Assembly (NCBI GenBank): GCA_002269645.1
Contig: NIVC01001045.1
Coordinates: 1 to 64,000 of the forward strand
DNA: 64,000 nt
Direction: 5' to 3'
Origin: Macrostomum lignano
Taxonomy: Eukaryota
A program made the translations under genes and the position numbers. Numbering within the stretch: position 1 is the first letter of the stretch; the number at the start of each line of letters is the position of its first letter. The notes below the pieces were generated by a model. The model was not told the DNA's origin and made no database searches. It worked only from the letters and a program-made list of their open reading frames with translations. This document shows, piece after piece, positions 62,601 to 64,000 of this stretch.

Positions 62601-64000
62601 ACTCAGCCACAGGTGAGACACACAGGTCATAATGACTCAGCCACAGGTGGGACACACAGGTCATAATGACTCAGCCACAGGTGAGACACACAGGTCATAA
62701 TGACTCAGCCACAGGTGAGACACACAGGTCATAATGACTCAGCCACAGGTGAGACAAACAGGTCATAATGACTCAGCCACAGGTGGGACACACAGGTCAT
62801 AATGACTCAGCCACAGGTGAGACACACAGGTCATAATGACTCAGCCATAGGTGGGACACACAGGTCATAATGACTCAGCCACAGGTGGGACACACAGGTC
62901 ATAATGACTCAGCCACAGGTGGGACACACAGGTCATAATGACTCAGCCACAGGTGAGACACACAGGTCATAATGACTCAGCCACAGGTGAGACACACAGG
63001 TCATAATGACTCAGCCATAGGTGAGACACACAGGTCATAATGACTCAGCCATAGGTGAGACACACAGGTCATAATGACTCAGCCATAGGTGAGACACACA
63101 GGTCATAATGACTCATTTTTGCGCACTTTACGCACGTAAAGGGATCCCCGCTGAACCGAGCCAACCTAAAAGCGGTCAACATCGAGTCGTGCCACAGTTG
63201 CATCATCCTATCGCCGAAGTCCACCCCGTACGAGCCGGACGCACAGATGGACCGCGAGACAATCCTGTGCACGTTGAACATCAAAACGATGAAGAAACCT
63301 GGGACGCAGAAGAAACTGGGCGATTGTATTCACATCATAACCGAGCTGAAGACTGAAGATGCCATTGCCTATTTAGATCAGGACGACGATGATGAGGTTG
63401 AAGAGCCCTACATGACTCAGGCCTTTGCCACGGGTAGAACCTTCTTCTTGAGCTTGTTGGGCTCGATAGTCACTACGGTAAGTCGAACTCGATTGCAATA
63501 CGTGCCTCTTTATTTCGTCTCGTATATTGAGTGAGGGATGGTTTTGGCCTGACGCTCTATGGAGTCTGCGTACATTGAGTGAGTGAGGGAAGGGTTTGGC
63601 CTGATTCTCTATGGAGTCTGCGTACATTGAGTGAGTGAGGGAAGGGTTTGACTTGATCGTCTATAGGGTATGGAGTCTGCGTAAATTGAGTGAGTGAGGG
63701 AAGGGTTTGGCCTGATTCTCTATGGAGTCTGCGTACATTGAGTGAGTGAGGGAAGGGTTTGGCCTGATTCTCTATGGAGTCTGCGTACATTGAGTGAGTG
63801 AGGGAAGGGTTTGGCCTGATTCTCTATGGAGTCTGCGTACATTGAGTGAGTGAGGGAAGGGTTTGGCCTGATTCTCTATGGAGTCTGCGTACATTGAGTG
63901 AGTGAGGGAAGGGTTTGGCCTGCTAGCCTGTGTGTACAATTCACACAGAAAAAAAGCGAACAGATGTACATTGACCCAGCTCCCTACAAAACGCTGCAGA
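50635..64000 (+). CDS. slo: Divergent Slo1/BK-type large-conductance K+ channel, 3' incomplete; exons 50635-50955, 51845-52036, 52793-52904, 53022-53173, 54250-54426, 54502-54596, 54664-54777, 55721-56027, 56464-56637, 57129-57334, (60675-60734), (60829-60891), 62112-62457, 63142-63477, 63964->64000
   Basis: S0 helix, S1-S6 and filter TMSTVGYGD; RCK1 (HVVVVG, YLQGSV, NIMRVIAVK, ELKYGILAQSCLVPGLSTLLCNL); RCK2 (HIVVCV, FVMPLRAS, GSPLNRANLKAVNI); Ca-bowl DQDDDDE. Splice phases are consistent throughout; exons in brackets are tentative. Confidence 0.93.
51125..51395. repeat. 14-bp minisatellite (GACGATGGGATAGA) in Slo intron 1
   Basis: Directly visible. Confidence 0.92.
52200..52712. repeat. 9-bp-based repeat (CTCTCCTGA / CTCTCCCGA) in Slo intron 2
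   Basis: Directly visible. Confidence 0.92.
53180..54195. repeat. 12-bp minisatellite (CTCTCCCCTGCA) in Slo intron 4
   Basis: Directly visible. Confidence 0.95.
54907..55530. repeat. 45-bp minisatellite in Slo intron 7, about 14 copies
   Basis: 15-aa periodic ORF EISLADTSSSRSLRV. Confidence 0.95.
59108..60560. repeat. 33-bp minisatellite (GAAATCTGATGGATTCCTCAGTGTGATTGTCGG) in Slo intron 10
   Basis: 11-aa periodic ORFs on both strands. Confidence 0.97.
61255..62040. repeat. 75/76-bp minisatellite, 10 units plus a partial one
   Basis: Directly visible; ORF starts are spaced 76 bp apart. Confidence 0.95.
62540..63116. repeat. 34-bp minisatellite (GTGAGACACACAGGTCATAATGACTCAGCCACAG), about 17 copies
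   Basis: Directly visible. Confidence 0.97.
63525..63920. repeat. 52-bp minisatellite in a Slo intron
   Basis: Directly visible. Confidence 0.92.

Overview
Eukaryotic (metazoan) genomic DNA with GC-rich exons, GT-AG introns and a different minisatellite in most large introns. The style suggests a free-living flatworm such as Macrostomum (inference, not proven). Genes reconstructed by hand from splice sites and family motifs: a 7-exon cytosolic-type alanyl-tRNA synthetase (+, 4182-18888); a 2-exon Sam68/KHDRBS-type STAR protein (+); an intronless secreted protein of unknown family (-); a 3-exon DNase I (+); a 4-exon fatty-acid-binding protein (-) that the ORF track mostly misses; a pterin-4a-carbinolamine dehydratase (-); and a divergent Slo1/BK-type K+ channel (+, 50635 to beyond the window end). 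Mobile DNA includes a hAT MITE with 8-bp TSD, a TGT..ACA long-TIR MITE with 5-bp TSD, a tRNA-derived SINE, head-to-tail mini-Helitron-like units, a Tc1 transposase relic, an internally deleted ORF1+RNase H LINE and a separate RT relic. Most notable: (1) the BK-like channel keeps its Ca2+ bowl but has lost two of three S4 arginines, including the R213 equivalent; (2) a 7.4-kb array of 27 apparently identical 273-bp hairpin-rich units sits inside an AlaRS intron; (3) a minisatellite is inverted at its own palindromic cores; (4) a candidate fossil BK linker exon has been expanded by a 76-bp minisatellite; (5) local CpG erasure is shown directly by a pair of MITE copies.
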